From a virus, in the IMG/VR virus record IMGVR_UViG_3300021962_000031: 64,000 nt of DNA; one strand, written 5' to 3'. A program made the position numbers and the translations under genes. The notes under the pieces were generated by a model that was not told the origin of the DNA, searched no databases, and worked only from the letters and a program-made list of their open reading frames with translations. The number at the start of each line of letters is the position of its first letter. Position 1 is the stretch's first letter. This document shows positions 1-10,278 of this stretch, one piece after another.

Positions 1-401
1 AACATGAGGATGCGGGCTTTGTGGATGCGATTGTACAGGTCATGAACATGCACACAGGTGCCCGGATAACCGTTGGAAAACCCGTTGACCTCTTCAAAAA
101 TTTCCGAGGTCATCATTTGGATGTGTCGCATCTCAACGAAAGCATTTTCGGGAGAATAGTCGGCGTCTTCCACCGGGACATGGTCGGTGGGATGAAAGAC
201 ATAATAAGCAGCATCGCTTACCTGATAACCGACATTTGAAAGCCATCCTTCATTGGTTGGACCTTCATCGCCCTGACGAACCACGATAACCTCGTAGTTC
301 AGACCAGGATTCTTGCGGTCAATCTGCTCTTTCAGGGCCTTGAGAAAACCCGAAAGGTCGTTGCGCAGACCGGAAGGAACAATAATGGCAGTCTTGTGCA
401 T
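1..401 (-). CDS. GT7 (beta-1,4-galactosyltransferase-like) protein, 3' end outside window
   Basis: Manual translation from ATG 401: MHKTAIIVP...YEVIVVRQ...NEGWLFNVGY...YVFHPTDHVP...DYS...FEEVNGFSNGY. Matches the GT7 pattern, but the usual HDVD reads HPTD. Confidence 0.6.
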   Translation of the reverse strand, partial: MHKTAIIVPSGLRNDLSGFLKALKEQIDRKNPGLNYEVIVVRQGDEGPTNEGWLSNVGYQVSDAAYYVFHPTDHVPVEDADYSPENAFVEMRHIQMMTSEIFEEVNGFSNGYPGTCVHVHDLYNRIHKARILM

Positions 402-404
402 GGC

Positions 405-932
405 TTACTTCCGCTTCTTGGACTTATTTTGGATCGACTGGGAGGTGCGGATCGCCCACTCCACTCCCGAAGTACCACCCCATCCTAACCACGCCACAAT
501 AGCTGGGATTGTCCAAGGTTTGCTTTTGGCTTCGGGCTTGTTGCGGGCCTTCTCGTAATTGGATCGATGACGATTGAAGGAAGCCATCCGCTTGACGGTT
601 GAGGCAGACAGTCTAGCCCCATTGGCCAGATCGCGGGCGCGTGCCCAGCCCACAGGTGTCATGCCCTTGCATTCCTTACCGTACTTTTCTTTCCACTTAA
701 GCACTTTTCGAGCATTATTGCGGGCAGATTCGGGGGGATCATAACCTTCGGAGGCTTGGGTGGACTTGATGAGAGCGTCAGAGATTTCGCTTTTCAAGAT
801 GTCCAGGGCCTCGTTCACCCTGTTGCCGTCAATGTTTTTGGCGACATCTTGGGTGGGAAGACCAGCTTCGGCGAGAAAGCTTTCAACTTCCGTGATAAAA
901 ATATCAAGGGGCGATTTCCGTTTGCGATTCAT
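405..932 (-). CDS. conserved phage protein (PP..AR..VGWARARDLA...TVKRMASF..RH...WLGWGG domain)
   Basis: 175-aa ORF; motif recalled from uncultured phage proteins, function unknown. Confidence 0.7.
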   Translation of the reverse strand: MNRKRKSPLDIFITEVESFLAEAGLPTQDVAKNIDGNRVNEALDILKSEISDALIKSTQASEGYDPPESARNNARKVLKWKEKYGKECKGMTPVGWARARDLANGARLSASTVKRMASFNRHRSNYEKARNKPEAKSKPWTIPAIVAWLGWGGTSGVEWAIRTSQSIQNKSKKRK

Positions 933-1001
933 ATCAATTCTCTATTTTGGAAATGGGTCCTACCGATAATAACCTACATAACCATGGTCGTGTTCTGCCA
1001 A

Positions 1002-1041
1002 TAAAAAGACCCGGGTGTCCGAAATAGACAACCCGAGTCTT
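1002..1041 (-). terminator. intrinsic terminator downstream of RNR
   Basis: Imperfect stem AAAGACCCGGGT...ACCCGAGTCTTT with T-run on the minus strand. Confidence 0.6.
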
Positions 1042-1059
1042 TCTGTTGGGAACAAACAA

Positions 1060-2709
1060 TTAAGAACCGCAAGTTCCGCCCTTGCCGCCAATCACGCAAA
1101 CATCATGTTCCAGGTATTCCACTCCTTGCTGCTTGGCAGCTTCGTCGTAGTCTACCGAGACCAGGGGCTGGCCACCGCGGGCGCCATCTGGGTAAACCGT
1201 GAAGCCACGCAAACGGGGGGCGTACTTGGACAGGGTTGCGGCGAAGTCCTCGATCTTGTCCTCGTTGTTCAACTCCGATCCCCAGCTGGGCATGTTGATC
1301 GTCGACGAGATGGACTGGTCAACATAGTCTTGGGTGTCAGCCTGGAATTTGAGGCGGCGCTCATAATCCCGAGCCAGGTCGATGGCCGACTCAATCTTGT
1401 GGGGGTCCACGCCATAACGCTCGATCAGGTCCTTGGCGGCGCTGTCCACGACATATTGATAGTGCCACTGGGTACCGTTCTTGAGGTAGCGTCGTTTGTA
1501 AGCCACGGCAAAGACCGGTTCGATGCCGGTGGTCGTGCCAGCCAGAATACCGATGGAGCCGGTGGGGGCAATCGCCCGCTTGGCCACGGGTTCGCTGATG
1601 CCCAGCTTGGCCGAGAACGAACGGGAAACGGCATCAGACTCGTCCCGGTAGATCGCCAGCCACTTGTGGAGGTCATCGGTGACTTCGTAGCGACTGCCCC
1701 GCTGGACGAGCCATTCGTGCATACCCATGAGGCCAAGGCCAAGTCGGCGATTCTTCTCGCGAATTTTGTAAACCTTGTCGTAGGGCAGATGCGCCACCAT
1801 GGTGCCACAGATCAGGAACTTGGTCGCTAGTTCAACAATTTGACGGAACTCTTCGGGGGTCTCAATACGAGACATATTGAGACTGCCCAGATTGCACACA
1901 TCGGAGTCGTCCTCCGAGGTTACTTCCGTGCAGGCATTGCGCAGAGTCTCGTTCTGCTTGTCGCCGAAGTTGAAAGACCACCCAGGCTCTCCGGTCTCCA
2001 TCGCCTGACGGCAGTTGATCAAGAAGACTTCATTCTTGTGGCGGTCGGGTAGGTTCAGCCAAGCATCATCGTAGTTGGCCGAGATGTTGGTCATGTCCAA
2101 CGGGGCGGGATAGTTAAAATCGGCAACCTTGCAGTCCCACACCGTCTTGTCGGTTCCTGGCACCTTCATGGAGTGCCAATCCTTGGCGTATAAAAAGGTC
2201 TTGATGTCCTGATGCTGCCAGTTGAGGCTGGCGTAGATCGCCGACCGCCGAGAGCCACCCTGCATGACCTCGCGACCTATCTCGTTAATCATCCTCATCT
2301 TAGAGACAGGGCCAGAGGCCTCCCCACCCGTCCGCTTCAGAGGCGTGCCTTTGGGGCGGTAAATGGAGTAATCGACGCCGATGCCACCACCAGTCGCCAG
2401 ACAGGACTCGGCTTTCCACGACAGCATGGCCCAGTCTTCACGCGTATCAGATTCTGCTCTCAACAGATAGCAATTGTTAAATGCTTTAATGGGTCTGCCA
2501 GCATAATATATATAGCGACCACCGGGCAGGAATTTCATCTCGGCAATGGCCTGAGTCAGGGTCGCTTTTTCGTCGGGGGTCATCCATTCCCGACAAACAT
2601 CTTCAACCAGCACTTTAGCCAGTTTTTCCCAGGTTTCGCACCCCTCATGCCGGTACTTATAGTTAAAGATATCTTCTGAAAACTTATTGCGAAAAACGCT
2701 AACAGACAT
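1060..2709 (-). CDS. nrdJ: class II (B12-dependent) ribonucleotide reductase
   Basis: FLPGGR, FNNCY, GGGIG, QGGSRR, TGEPG, NACTE, CNLGSLN, RRLGLG, IAPTGS, DQSISSTIN, YPDGAR; no small subunit nearby; GGAGG RBS before ATG 2709. Confidence 0.88.
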   Translation of the reverse strand: MSVSVFRNKFSEDIFNYKYRHEGCETWEKLAKVLVEDVCREWMTPDEKATLTQAIAEMKFLPGGRYIYYAGRPIKAFNNCYLLRAESDTREDWAMLSWKAESCLATGGGIGVDYSIYRPKGTPLKRTGGEASGPVSKMRMINEIGREVMQGGSRRSAIYASLNWQHQDIKTFLYAKDWHSMKVPGTDKTVWDCKVADFNYPAPLDMTNISANYDDAWLNLPDRHKNEVFLINCRQAMETGEPGWSFNFGDKQNETLRNACTEVTSEDDSDVCNLGSLNMSRIETPEEFRQIVELATKFLICGTMVAHLPYDKVYKIREKNRRLGLGLMGMHEWLVQRGSRYEVTDDLHKWLAIYRDESDAVSRSFSAKLGISEPVAKRAIAPTGSIGILAGTTTGIEPVFAVAYKRRYLKNGTQWHYQYVVDSAAKDLIERYGVDPHKIESAIDLARDYERRLKFQADTQDYVDQSISSTINMPSWGSELNNEDKIEDFAATLSKYAPRLRGFTVYPDGARGGQPLVSVDYDEAAKQQGVEYLEHDVCVIGGKGGTCGS

Positions 2710-2851
2710 GACAAAAACCTCCAAGAAACCGACGCCGGATCGGTCCTGAGTAAAACGCTAGTCAATGACGGCAAGGGAAAATTACACCGACACCCCATGT
2801 TGGGACTGGTGAAATAATAGGGATGAAAAACCCTATTTTCTAACCGATTTT

Positions 2852-5800
2852 TTATCCGTGAAAAGCATTACCACAACCAGAATTGTTGCAGTCATTGAGA
2901 CTGGCGTAAGTCCCGCCCGGTCCATTTACTTCCTGACAATCGTAAATGGGATCAAAGCCAGCCATGCCGATTATTGCGCAGTTGTAAGTTTTAACTGCCG
3001 GAGTTCCTGTCGTACCTGGAGAAGTAGTTTCAGGAGTAGAAGTCGTGGCTGGGGGAGTTGTATTTGGGTTGGTTGTTGTGGTGGTTGTTGGCGCAATAGT
3101 CGTTGTGGTGGTAACCGGTTCTGGAGCCGGAGTCGTGGTTGTTGTGGTAGTAGTCGTCGTAGTTGTGGTAGTAGTCGTGGTGGTCGTAGTTGTGGTAGTA
3201 GTGGAAGTAGTCGTACTAGTAGTGGTTGTTGTCGGCTCAGCTGTCGTGGTAGTCGTAGTCGGCGCAGCCGTCGTAGTGGTCTGTCCACAGACTTCATCGC
3301 ACGCATACATATTTTCATATGGACCAGAAATAATATTAAAATTTGATTCTGGAGGTGGCATTGAATTAAATGTCTGACATGTATAAAAAGCACCCGAGGG
3401 GCCGGAGTAATAAGCGCAATACCAACCAGCCACAAACGGTTCAGCTGTTGTAGTAGTTGTGGTCGGCGCAGCCGTAGTAGTGGTCGTGGTTGTGGTTGTT
3501 GTCGGCGCAGCCGTCGTAGTTGTGGTGGTCGTGGTAGTAGTCGGTGGACAACCAGATTGCTGACATGCAATTTCATTAGGATAAGGACCCGACAATAAAT
3601 CATAATAAGTGTTATTGTTATCAAACCTATCTCCAACTTCCGGTTGAGAGCTAAAATATAAGCATCCAAAACCAGAACCAACGATACGTCCATACATAGA
3701 ATAACAATAATGACCAGCCACAAATGGCGCAGCCGTCGTGGTTGTTGTCGTTGTCGTAGTCGTGGACACACAAGCCGCATTGCACGCCGACAGCGAGGCG
3801 TAGGGGCCTGCATAACTCACCAGCGGATTTGCCGCAGGCCGACTGGCAATATAACTGCAACTCTTTGTGTTCTGGTAAGTGTCATCTACGCAGTAGTAGC
3901 CAGCCACCCAAGGCTGTGCCGTGGTCGTGGGAGGGGGCGTGGTGTCATCAGGAGGATTTCCTCCCTTGCAGGTAGAACTATAAATAATGGCTTGTCGTTC
4001 TGGATCATTGGCATCGTTTAGTGTGTGCAGGACGCCAGTAAAGGTTTCCATATGGCGCGTGGACGGATTGCTTCCACCCATCGCAAAAACAAGCTCTTGT
4101 GTCTGGGACTTGCTGGAATCGTAATAGTAATATTGGTCACCATAGTAAGTTGTGATCTCTCCAACACCCAGCTCATTCCCTCCAGAATGAGCCGTGGTGA
4201 CTACGCCTTCAAGAAGACGCATGGCAAATTTGCTGTTGATTAAATGCTTTAGATTAAGATTGTAGGTCGCAGCCACATTAGCATTGATTCCGCCGAATTT
4301 CCATCTGTTTGGCATGAACCAATTCTGTTCGTCGGCGCTCAACTCGTAATGGACTTCTGGAGTTTGGAGCTTGAGATGGATTGTCTTGGCAGAATCTACC
4401 GTGTTGGTGAATTTGAACACAATAATCTCACCAGCCGAGCAAGATAGCCTTTTTTGTTGCGAGTCAAAAAGATTTGTGTAAGTTACGCTCGGACTTCCAG
4501 AGGCATTCCAGTTCCGATAAATATCCAGGCGAATTCCACCGGTCTGGTATCCTCCCGCATTCAAATAATAATTAGCAGCATATTGAGAACGGAATCGGAA
4601 ATACTTGATTTCATTTGCGCCAATCAGATTATAAAGGATCGTATAGTTAGTCGGGTAAACAACCGGTTCGATAGCTGTGTCTGCCTCGTATTGATAAGCA
4701 GCCAAAGCCGAATCACCACCATCATCTCTATGTACCGACCAGACCGTCTTGGTGTCGTTGGTTGAAGTCAATACTTCCAGAGACCAACTATCAATATTGA
4801 CAACAAATGCCCCGCCCGTAGTGTTAGCGATCAGCCCCAAGGTCCATTCACCGTTGGGCGAATCGTTGAAAAGATCGGTCAAATTAGTTCCGTAGGGACT
4901 AGCTGAATCATCCCAATAATTTTGAGACTGGTTGTTATTGGGGTTGGGTCGGAAAGAACCAGAGGCGCCAAAAGTTAGAACAGGGTCGGCACTGTTGTTG
5001 GTTATCGTGTAATTCTGACCAACACCATCAACAGGAACAGATAGTTGGCCAGCAATCAGCACATCCTTACCGGCTGGAGACCGAAGGATCAACACAGTAT
5101 TGCTGGTGGTAGCCGTGGCGGCAAGATTGTACAGTCTGAGGGTCAACCCCGAAATAACTCCGGCCATTCCAGAGAAAGTCAGTTTGCCGCGCCGCAAAGC
5201 ACTTCCTGTCGATTGAGGAGGTCCGAAATAATAAGTAACATTGTCAATAGTGGTTTCACTTAACAGCATCTGAACTTCTGGAACTTCAGATGGCCAGGCT
5301 GGCGGTGGTGGCAGGGTCGCCGGGTCCATATTCAATCGCACATACATGTTGGGCTGGGCACATTCCGTGCAAGTGCCATTGTAAATAAAAGCAGCATTTT
5401 CCCCCTCAAACGGGTGAATGGCACAATCATAGCTAAACGGAACATTGTCATTTAGTGTCACAGTAAGAGTCACATCCCCACCATAAAAACCATCAGCGAC
5501 ATTGCCGCTGGCGCCGTTTGTTGTCGCTTTGACCAGCCGACTAAAACCCTGACTATCAAAAACTCGGAATGGGTGGGCTGATGTATTTTGAAGGTGAAAC
5601 TTATAAGTTTTGTTGGCTACCCATTTTGGGTTCTCGGGAGTGATCTCAAACCAATTCGTGTTATTGCTACTAAATTCAAATCGATAGGAGCCATTATTGG
5701 CGTCCACGGCACGCACATAGGTTTCTTCGGGCAAGCAATTTCCTGCGACAACAGGAGAAACAGTCGTGGTCGTTGTCGTGGTCGGGCTAGCAGTAGTGGT

Positions 5801-6889
5801 CGTTGTTGTCGTACCAATAATGGGCGTGGCAGTTGTCGTGGTTGTCGTGGTGGTTGATGTGGTCGTGCTGGTTGTAGTCGTGGTGGTGGTTGTGGTCGTG
5901 GTTGTGCAACATGCCCCTAGTACGCGGTAGCCAGCCGCCACGGCATCGTACACAAGGGTGACACCCCCCAAGGGGTAGACCGGATAATCGTCGAGATCAA
6001 GAACAAGCAGCTTGCTTCCGGCAGGAGTCAAGCCTGAATTGTGCTTGAGGTAGAAGGTATCGGTCTCGCTGACATTCAGCACATAGACGGTCTCACCGTC
6101 GGCGATCTTCTCAACTCCATTGATCTCAAAGCCATTGATGGGCGGGTCAACCCTAACGATGGTTTTTCCGTATCTCATCAACTCATTAGTGCTGAGACCA
6201 GACAGGGCGGGGGTGTGACTAGACAAGGCCACCGCCGAGTTGGCCAGCATTTGGTAGCTGCCGACATGTCGCCATGCAGTAGAATGTTCGCTCACCAAAA
6301 CGCCGTCTACGCGGACAAGGCTATATCCTACCGGCCTGCCCGCATCTCTATCCCAGACGACCTTTTGGAGGGCAACTGAATTGGTGTTGTCTCGATAAGC
6401 AAATACATCAACACACTTACCAGCAGCTTCTGTTGCAGAGACCGAAGGTGTTGGGTCGATAGTGAATTTGCGCCAGCGATTTTCTGTGGTGTCCCAGAGT
6501 GCAATGTTATCTCCTTGCAATGGGGCCAGGTAAACTGTCCCGGAACCCGCCACCTCTGTGTCGGTCGCCGAGAAAGATAAGGCGGCGTTAGCCACTCCGT
6601 TGTTGTCGAGGGTATCCAGCAAGCCGTCTCTGGTTACCGTGTGGGCAATGGGATCGCCGGAATAATGAAGGACGGCAGATGTACCCTCCCGACCGCGCAG
6701 CACCGTCAGGGTGTTCGTTTCCGCATCGACAGCGGTTACCCGCATAACTTCTTGGCCGCAGGTAACCTCAAATGGGGCAGGGGGAAATTTCAAGATGTTA
6801 ACAACTGTAATTTCAGTGTCGGTCGAACTAATCGGCCCAGCAAGGAAGGTGACGGCTTGATTGGAAAAGCGGTGTAGTTGCCCGGCCAT
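2852..6889 (-). CDS. large Thr-rich, Cys-repeat fibre/adhesin-like protein with cupredoxin-like and P-proprotein-like domains
   Basis: 1345 aa; N-terminus E..RVTA...LTV.RG.EGT typical of virion proteins; HPF...YDCAIH; LRSPAG...NGEWTL...DSWSL; poly-Thr tracts separating VAG.YC...GPY..C...C modules. Confidence 0.65.
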   Translation of the reverse strand: MAGQLHRFSNQAVTFLAGPISSTDTEITVVNILKFPPAPFEVTCGQEVMRVTAVDAETNTLTVLRGREGTSAVLHYSGDPIAHTVTRDGLLDTLDNNGVANAALSFSATDTEVAGSGTVYLAPLQGDNIALWDTTENRWRKFTIDPTPSVSATEAAGKCVDVFAYRDNTNSVALQKVVWDRDAGRPVGYSLVRVDGVLVSEHSTAWRHVGSYQMLANSAVALSSHTPALSGLSTNELMRYGKTIVRVDPPINGFEINGVEKIADGETVYVLNVSETDTFYLKHNSGLTPAGSKLLVLDLDDYPVYPLGGVTLVYDAVAAGYRVLGACCTTTTTTTTTTTTSTTTSTTTTTTTTATPIIGTTTTTTTASPTTTTTTTVSPVVAGNCLPEETYVRAVDANNGSYRFEFSSNNTNWFEITPENPKWVANKTYKFHLQNTSAHPFRVFDSQGFSRLVKATTNGASGNVADGFYGGDVTLTVTLNDNVPFSYDCAIHPFEGENAAFIYNGTCTECAQPNMYVRLNMDPATLPPPPAWPSEVPEVQMLLSETTIDNVTYYFGPPQSTGSALRRGKLTFSGMAGVISGLTLRLYNLAATATTSNTVLILRSPAGKDVLIAGQLSVPVDGVGQNYTITNNSADPVLTFGASGSFRPNPNNNQSQNYWDDSASPYGTNLTDLFNDSPNGEWTLGLIANTTGGAFVVNIDSWSLEVLTSTNDTKTVWSVHRDDGGDSALAAYQYEADTAIEPVVYPTNYTILYNLIGANEIKYFRFRSQYAANYYLNAGGYQTGGIRLDIYRNWNASGSPSVTYTNLFDSQQKRLSCSAGEIIVFKFTNTVDSAKTIHLKLQTPEVHYELSADEQNWFMPNRWKFGGINANVAATYNLNLKHLINSKFAMRLLEGVVTTAHSGGNELGVGEITTYYGDQYYYYDSSKSQTQELVFAMGGSNPSTRHMETFTGVLHTLNDANDPERQAIIYSSTCKGGNPPDDTTPPPTTTAQPWVAGYYCVDDTYQNTKSCSYIASRPAANPLVSYAGPYASLSACNAACVSTTTTTTTTTTAAPFVAGHYCYSMYGRIVGSGFGCLYFSSQPEVGDRFDNNNTYYDLLSGPYPNEIACQQSGCPPTTTTTTTTTTAAPTTTTTTTTTTAAPTTTTTTAEPFVAGWYCAYYSGPSGAFYTCQTFNSMPPPESNFNIISGPYENMYACDEVCGQTTTTAAPTTTTTTAEPTTTTTSTTTSTTTTTTTTTTTTTTTTTTTTTTTTPAPEPVTTTTTIAPTTTTTTNPNTTPPATTSTPETTSPGTTGTPAVKTYNCAIIGMAGFDPIYDCQEVNGPGGTYASLNDCNNSGCGNAFHG

Positions 6890-6890
6890 T

Positions 6891-7976
6891 TTAGTTGCCC
6901 TGGTAAAGAATTAGATCAGCTTGCCCGTCGGCGTAAGCCAGTAAATTGCCCAGCCCGTCCTCCAATGCGTTCTGAACGAGGTCTGGATCGTTATTGCGTG
7001 GGGAGCGAACAAAACAATTGTTGACAATACGCCAGGCTCTGCTCACCACATCGTAAACGCACACGACCCCACCCCCAGGCGGCACCGTCAGGTCGCCCTT
7101 GCTTGGGAGTAGGAACTTCTCGTTGGTCAACGCCGACGCAGAGGAGTGTTTCAGCAACACCGCTTGCGAAGATGAAATGTTGCTCAGGATAACCGTCTTG
7201 CCGTCACGGGCAGATTGCAGGCCATGAATGATCACGCCAGCCACGGTGGGGTTAAGGCGGACTACCTTAAAACCCTCATGTCGCACGGTGGGGTTGTTAG
7301 TAGCGGCCAAACTAACCCGGTAGGCTCCCGGGGTAAATAGACTGCCCTGTCGTTGGATTGTGCCAACATATCGTCTAGGGACAATGTTGAAATTGTCTGT
7401 TCTTATTTTGACTCCGTCTTTCAAGGCCATGGAAGGTCGCGTAAGAGTCGGAGACCAGACTGCCATGAAAAACAAGGTTTCCTGCATGGATTCGTTCCAA
7501 TGGGCGAACAAATCCGCACATTCCCCGTCATTCAAAATAGGTGGAAGAGTTTCGACCCCAACCGGGAAACGTCGCCATTCATTAGCCATCGGGTCGATCA
7601 GGAAGATTCCGTTGCCTTGGACAGGCTCGACCTTAATGGAGGTAGCCGGGACAGGACGGACAGAAGCATACCCCTTGTCATCGGAAAGGGTCAAAAGGGC
7701 TTTTTTGGTTAAGACTGGGATTACTGGGCGACCCTGGAGATGTTTAGTCGCCGCAGTAGATTCTTGGCCGCGTGAAACGGTCAGCAAAGCATCAGATAAT
7801 TGCAGTCGAATTTGTATGGCTCGGACAGTCAGAATTTCCGAGTCAATAACGATGTCGAACGGGGTGTTTTGCGGAAAAGTTGCGGAATAATTAACGACCA
7901 GCTGAGTTGAGGCTGTATCGACCGTCTCTTTCAGAGTCGTTACAGCCCCACCAAACCGTCGAAAATTATCCGCCAT
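6891..7976 (-). CDS. virion protein paralogous to the N-terminal ~330 aa of the adjacent gene
   Basis: Shared blocks LTV.RG.E.T, P.QG..I.L.D....WR.F, DGV, R.VG, DG.TV...N.S, LKH.S, V.P.GGV..VYD. Confidence 0.7.
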   Translation of the reverse strand: MADNFRRFGGAVTTLKETVDTASTQLVVNYSATFPQNTPFDIVIDSEILTVRAIQIRLQLSDALLTVSRGQESTAATKHLQGRPVIPVLTKKALLTLSDDKGYASVRPVPATSIKVEPVQGNGIFLIDPMANEWRRFPVGVETLPPILNDGECADLFAHWNESMQETLFFMAVWSPTLTRPSMALKDGVKIRTDNFNIVPRRYVGTIQRQGSLFTPGAYRVSLAATNNPTVRHEGFKVVRLNPTVAGVIIHGLQSARDGKTVILSNISSSQAVLLKHSSASALTNEKFLLPSKGDLTVPPGGGVVCVYDVVSRAWRIVNNCFVRSPRNNDPDLVQNALEDGLGNLLAYADGQADLILYQGN

Positions 7977-8319
7977 CGTCGAACCGCCCCTCGGCAAAGG
8001 CTAATCGGAGGGCCTCGGTCGCCTGCTGCGCCTTTTCTTCGGAAAAACCGGCCCGGATCAACTTCTTATACACCTTGTGGTGGGCGTACATCCGGGTGAC
8101 AGGGCCATTGCCGTGCGCTAGCCCTCGAAGGGCAGAACGGGCTTTTTTGCATTCCCAAAGCAATCGGAGTGCCTGAATTCCAATGGAGATGATCATGAGA
8201 ATCGTGAATGGGTCAAAACCCACCAGATTCTCTTCCAAATACCCTTGGAGGATTGGATATTGCCCGCTCACGGCAGGCTTAATTACGGATTCGTCAGGAT
8301 TGTGATTTTCTTCGGTCAT
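7966..8319 (-). CDS. hypothetical protein with one hydrophobic segment
   Basis: 117 aa, FDPFTILMIISIGIQAL; overlaps neighbours in an operon. Confidence 0.65.
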   Translation of the reverse strand: MTEENHNPDESVIKPAVSGQYPILQGYLEENLVGFDPFTILMIISIGIQALRLLWECKKARSALRGLAHGNGPVTRMYAHHKVYKKLIRAGFSEEKAQQATEALRLAFAEGRFDDGG

Positions 8320-8515
8320 TTTTCATCCCCGTATAGGTTCTTCGCCACCAAACCTTGAGTTTGGAGTCCCAAAACCAAAGTTCAAGATTGGCTGGGTTCT
8401 GAGCAAGAGACGAACCCCAACCAGCTTGCCATTCAGATGACGGAACCAGATTGAAATCTTCTTTGGGCTGATCGGATTGACCGAGAAGCGCCATGCTCAA
8501 AAACAAATCTTTCAT
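8294..8515 (-). CDS. hypothetical protein
   Basis: 73 aa, start overlaps upstream stop. Confidence 0.55.
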   Translation of the reverse strand: MKDLFLSMALLGQSDQPKEDFNLVPSSEWQAGWGSSLAQNPANLELWFWDSKLKVWWRRTYTGMKNDRRKSQS

Positions 8516-9447
8516 TTGCCGACCAAATCAAAGAGGTGCATGGGTATGTCCTGGCTGGGGAAGCCGTTGAACTGGCTGATCAGGAAGGTGTCTCCCTGGC
8601 CAATCATGCGCTCAATCGTCTTCCGCTTGACCTTCAGGGTGCCGCGGGGCATCTCCTCGCCCGTGCCGGGGTTCTTGACCACGCCGTGGACATCGCCCCA
8701 GGAATTGGCAATGTAGACATGTTCCTGGTCGAGCAGGCAATAATCGTAGATGCACATTTGATGCGCCCAAGACCCGCTGGGGTCGTGATAGCCATCGCCC
8801 CCCGGAGTCATCTCAAATCCTTGGTTGCTGGCGACTGTGCAAGAATAGCCATTAGCCAATCCCGCAACCAGATCGTCCCAGCTTTTCACCTTGGCCGCAG
8901 ACTGTACGAGATACTTCTTGCCAACATCGATGAACTTGGTATCGGGACCTTTGGCTCCCCAACGACGAGCAATGTCCTTGCCATAGGGTGGACAGTCATC
9001 CTTGTTGGCGAAGATGGAGCCAAATTTCATCACGCCTGCCGCAGCCCACGAACCGATGCTGCCATCACCACCCAGCCTGCCGCCGCCGATCTGCACGCGG
9101 CTGATTCCGTAGATATAGGGGGCGAAGACTGGATGAAACTCCTCGGCGTCCTTACGCATGAGGATGTCCACACAGGAGAGGTACTCGATGGCGTGCTTCA
9201 TCCCCCACGCGACACAGTCCCCAATCAGTTGGACGCTCAGCTTGCCACCGATGTCCCGTCCCAGAACCTTGCGGGCCACTTGGTAGTTCTGGGAGAACTT
9301 GGGGGGATCGGCCACCACATCGCCAACGATCTGGAAGTCGAGGAAGTTGTAGCTGTCCTTGATCAGGGTGAACTGTTCGGCAGCTACCTCTTCACCCAGC
9401 CAGCCCGACTCGTTGCCGTCAATGTAGCCCTTGATGATATCGTCCAT
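8512..9447 (-). CDS. papain-like (C1) cysteine peptidase
   Basis: Q..GDCVAWG (catalytic Cys), WAHQM (His), IANSWG (Asn). Confidence 0.85.
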   Translation of the reverse strand: MDDIIKGYIDGNESGWLGEEVAAEQFTLIKDSYNFLDFQIVGDVVADPPKFSQNYQVARKVLGRDIGGKLSVQLIGDCVAWGMKHAIEYLSCVDILMRKDAEEFHPVFAPYIYGISRVQIGGGRLGGDGSIGSWAAAGVMKFGSIFANKDDCPPYGKDIARRWGAKGPDTKFIDVGKKYLVQSAAKVKSWDDLVAGLANGYSCTVASNQGFEMTPGGDGYHDPSGSWAHQMCIYDYCLLDQEHVYIANSWGDVHGVVKNPGTGEEMPRGTLKVKRKTIERMIGQGDTFLISQFNGFPSQDIPMHLFDLVGK

Positions 9448-9454
9448 TATGACC

Positions 9455-10270
9455 TCACTTAACGGCTTTCAGCCCAATGGCAATCTCCCGCCAAGCGTCT
9501 GCGTAGTCCTCGGCGGTTGAGATTTTCTTAGACTTGTACATTTGATACAGAGACTTCTGCAATTCAGACCCAAACTCTTCTAAGGGGTTGGGATCGACAT
9601 TGGCAGAGGCAAGGGCGGCGTTATTGGCTTGCTTGGTCGCCTCTAGGATTTGATCGCCAGTCTTGTAGGCGCCAGCAGCAACGGCACTCGCAATAGACTC
9701 AAAGGATTCAGCAAGGGCATTTGCAGCTTTAGCCCTAGGTTCTTTGACTTTGCCAACGAAGTGTTGATAGGTGATTTTGGCCAGTCCGAACCGCCCGTCC
9801 GGCAGCGTGGGGGTGGGGTTCGGAGCGGGACCCGGGCCTGGTGGGGTGGGTTGGGGATTTGGACCCGGGTTTGGTTCGGACTGGCCAATTTGTAGCTCAG
9901 CAGTTAAGAGTTGACTCCTAACTTGAGCATCTTTGATTTTGTCCCCTTCCTTATCAATATATAGATAAGAGACGGCCGCAATGACAAGCATCTTTTTCGA
10001 CTGAACACCAGCACCGAAGAAAATGCCGTCTCCTTGTTGCCGAACACGCTTTGGCGTATTGCCCTCAAAGACCTTCCAGTCCACGCTGACAGAGGCAAGG
10101 TTTGGCGACCGATTCTCCATCGGAGAAAGAGCCAAATCAACCAATTCGCCCAGGGGTACGGGCTTCTCAGCCCCCACAATCGACTGCTTGGGCAAAGGAT
10201 ATTTATCTTGACCAAAAGCAGTCAGGGCGGACAAAGCAAGGCAAGAGAGAGCAAAAAACGCGCTGCGCAC
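9455..10270 (-). CDS. secreted protein with signal peptide and Pro-rich linker
   Basis: MRSAFFALSCLALSALTAFG signal; PNPGPNPQPTPPGPGP linker; helical C-domain. Confidence 0.7.
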   Translation of the reverse strand: MRSAFFALSCLALSALTAFGQDKYPLPKQSIVGAEKPVPLGELVDLALSPMENRSPNLASVSVDWKVFEGNTPKRVRQQGDGIFFGAGVQSKKMLVIAAVSYLYIDKEGDKIKDAQVRSQLLTAELQIGQSEPNPGPNPQPTPPGPGPAPNPTPTLPDGRFGLAKITYQHFVGKVKEPRAKAANALAESFESIASAVAAGAYKTGDQILEATKQANNAALASANVDPNPLEEFGSELQKSLYQMYKSKKISTAEDYADAWREIAIGLKAVK

Positions 10271-10278
10271 AAATCACC

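Noticed and set aside
1060-2709. Inteins or introns in nrdJ (also thyX, terL)
   Set aside because: The ORFs are continuous and of ordinary length, with no intein or homing-endonuclease motifs noticed.
3045-3377. Poly-Val ORF and other ORFs over the Thr tracts
   Set aside because: Antisense or frame shadows of the poly-Thr codons.
2852-4000. Diversity-generating retroelement target
   Set aside because: The Cys modules differ at all bases and in length; no template repeat or reverse transcriptase was seen.
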